Shown here one piece after another: positions 62,033 through 64,000 of a DNA stretch of 64,000 nucleotides; the stretch's first letter is position 1; every line of letters starts with the position of its first letter. Origin of the DNA: Solirubrobacteraceae bacterium (GTDB lineage: Bacteria > Actinomycetota > Thermoleophilia > Solirubrobacterales > Solirubrobacteraceae); the NCBI GenBank assembly GCA_034665005.1, contig JAXDGO010000048.1:38863-102862 (forward strand). Direction: 5' to 3'. The notes under the pieces were generated by a model that was not told where the DNA came from, did no database searches, and saw nothing but the letters and a program-made list of their open reading frames with translations. Both the position numbers and the translations under genes were made by a program.

Positions 62033-64000
62033 ATGCTGCGTCGAATCGTGCTTGTGCTTGTGGGTTTCGCGTCGTTGGTGGTTCTTCCGGCGACGGCATC
62101 CGCTGAAAGCTGCCCCAACGAACAGCTGCGCGTCGAAGACAATTCGACCGGGCTGCCGGACTGCCGCGCGTATGAGATGGTCTCGCCGCCCCAGAAGAAC
62201 GGCAACGACATCAGCGCACAGAGCGGCGGCATCTCCCCCACGCGCGCCACTCCCACCGGCGGCGGCGTGATGTACGTATCCAACGGCGCCTTCGCTGACG
62301 CGGCCCAGTCCTACTCGTCCTTTCTGAACTACATCGCATCGCGCGAGCCGGGGGGATGGGTCACGCACACGGCACTGCCCCCGACCTCACCGCCGGGCTT
62401 CGTCTTCGAGACCTCCGCCGTCCAGGGGATCTCCAGCGATCTTTCCCGAGAGGTGCTCGCGGACGCCGATCCGCCGCTTGTCGCCGGCGCACAGCCGCAC
62501 ACCGTCAACCTGTACCTGCGCCACAACGATGCTGGGACCTACGACCTGCTCACGCCCACAGGCCCGGACACCGTACGCAACTACCAGCCCACCTTCGCCG
62601 GGGCAAGCGCCCACTTTAGCCACATTGTTTTCGAATCCGAATTTCCGCTGACGCCCGGCGCTCCGCCGAACGTCAACAACATCTATGAATGGACCGCCGG
62701 TCAGTTGAAGCTGGTCGACGTGCTACCCGGTGGAACGCCCGCGGCCGGCGGCGGGGCGGTCGGTCCACAAAGCCCCGAAAACCTATTCCCGGCGGGCGCG
62801 AGGGGACAGAGCTACATCCAGCACGCCGTGTCGAGCGACGGGTCGCGAATCATCTGGACCGACGAGGCCACCGGACAGCTCTACATGCGCGTCGACGCCA
62901 CCACAACCGTGCAGATCTCTGCTTCGAAGCGGACGACGCCAGACCCGCAGGGAACCCGGCCAGCCCTGTTCCTCGACGCGACGCCCGACGCTTCCAAGGT
63001 GTTCTTCAAGAGCACCGAGATGCTGACCGACAACGCCACGAGCGGCACCTCCGTACCTCCGACCCCCGACCTCTACGAGTACGACGTCAACACAAACGTG
63101 CTTACCGACCTTTCGGTCGACTCGCACTCCGGCGAATCGGCAGGAGTTGAAGGCATGCTCGGTTCGAGCAGCGATGGAGCGTACGTGTACTTCGCCGCCG
63201 CAGGGAGGCTCGCAGAAGGCGGCGTGCAGCTGGAAATAGGAAATAAAACACAGAACCTCTATGTCTCACATGAAGGGGAGGTGCGTTGGCTCGGCGTCGT
63301 CGCCGACGCCGCTAACTGGCAGGTGAATTACGGCCTAGGAGGCAGAGGCAAGCCGTCGCGGGTGAGCGCCGATGGGCGTTTTCTCCTATTGACCTCAAAA
63401 CTGCCGCTCACCGGCTACGACACGGCCGGTTACAGCCAGTTCTATCTGTATGACGCCCAGACACGTGTGATGACATGCGTTTCGTGTAACCCGATGGCGT
63501 CACACTCCTCGGCGGAGGCCAGCAGCGAAGTGCCGATCAACTTGGGGCCCACCATGGCCGCTCTTTACAACCGGACCTTGTCGGCGGATGCCGATCGCGT
63601 GTTCTTCGACACGCCCGAAGCGCTGGTCCCGCAGGACACGAACGGCAAAATGGACGTGTACGAGTGGCAGGGCGGCGAGGTGCACCTGATCTCGAGCGGC
63701 AAAAGCCGGGACGACGCGTTTTTCGCCGAAGCAAGCGAAAACGGCGACAACGCGTTCTTCCTGACACGCGAATCGCTCGTTGGCCAGGACACGGACACCA
63801 ACATGGATCTCTACGACGCTCGGGTCGCCGGCGGCTTCCCCGCGCCGACCATACCCACGACATGCTCGGGTGACGAATGTCAGGGCGGCGTGAGCTCACA
63901 GCCGAGTCTCCCTTCCCCTTCGAGCGCCTCGGTGTTCGGAAACGGCAATCTCACGCCACCCGTTCCCAAGCCTCTGGCGGCCCACAAGCCGCTCACCAGG
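62033..64000 (+). CDS. secreted beta-propeller-like protein, paralogue of 53575..55725 (runs off the window)
   Basis: own translation MLRRIVLVLVGFASLVVLPATASAESCPNEQLRVEDNSTGLPDCRAYEMVSP...DLYDARVAGGFP...KPLTR; absent from the ORF track because there is no stop in the window. Confidence 0.85.
   Translation, partial: MLRRIVLVLVGFASLVVLPATASAESCPNEQLRVEDNSTGLPDCRAYEMVSPPQKNGNDISAQSGGISPTRATPTGGGVMYVSNGAFADAAQSYSSFLNYIASREPGGWVTHTALPPTSPPGFVFETSAVQGISSDLSREVLADADPPLVAGAQPHTVNLYLRHNDAGTYDLLTPTGPDTVRNYQPTFAGASAHFSHIVFESEFPLTPGAPPNVNNIYEWTAGQLKLVDVLPGGTPAAGGGAVGPQSPENLFPAGARGQSYIQHAVSSDGSRIIWTDEATGQLYMRVDATTTVQISASKRTTPDPQGTRPALFLDATPDASKVFFKSTEMLTDNATSGTSVPPTPDLYEYDVNTNVLTDLSVDSHSGESAGVEGMLGSSSDGAYVYFAAAGRLAEGGVQLEIGNKTQNLYVSHEGEVRWLGVVADAANWQVNYGLGGRGKPSRVSADGRFLLLTSKLPLTGYDTAGYSQFYLYDAQTRVMTCVSCNPMASHSSAEASSEVPINLGPTMAALYNRTLSADADRVFFDTPEALVPQDTNGKMDVYEWQGGEVHLISSGKSRDDAFFAEASENGDNAFFLTRESLVGQDTDTNMDLYDARVAGGFPAPTIPTTCSGDECQGGVSSQPSLPSPSSASVFGNGNLTPPVPKPLAAHKPLTR

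Overview
High-GC actinobacterial DNA; gene content and protein families suggest Thermoleophilia/Solirubrobacterales (inference). Bases 1-43 kb are mostly core or metabolic: katG, a coenzyme F420 biosynthesis cluster (fbiC, cofE, cofC, cofD, npdG), acyl-CoA catabolism, three type IV pilin-like genes, a PAS-GGDEF-EAL protein, DsbA/VKOR, an orphan DNA methyltransferase and five tRNAs (Leu-CAA, Leu-TAG, Trp, Arg-TCT, His). Right after tRNA-His lies an approximately 8.6 kb, visibly more A/T-rich defence island. It carries a hypothetical gene plus an XRE-ImmA/IrrE peptidase, a DUF3800-like RNase H-fold gene, a GmrSD-type nuclease, and a vsr / atypical endonuclease / C5-methyltransferase module. The best novelty candidate is an unannotated RNA of about 125 nt (45313-45437, minus strand) transcribed back-to-back with the DUF3800-like gene. 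It has its own -10 box, a predicted pseudoknot, and a 13-bp GCAA-capped hairpin ending ACCA-UUUUU. The last 12 kb hold two copies of a cassette of double-TetR regulator(s) divergent from a secreted beta-propeller-like protein; the second secreted gene is missing from the ORF track and runs off the window. All calls were made by eye from sequence motifs; no searches were run.
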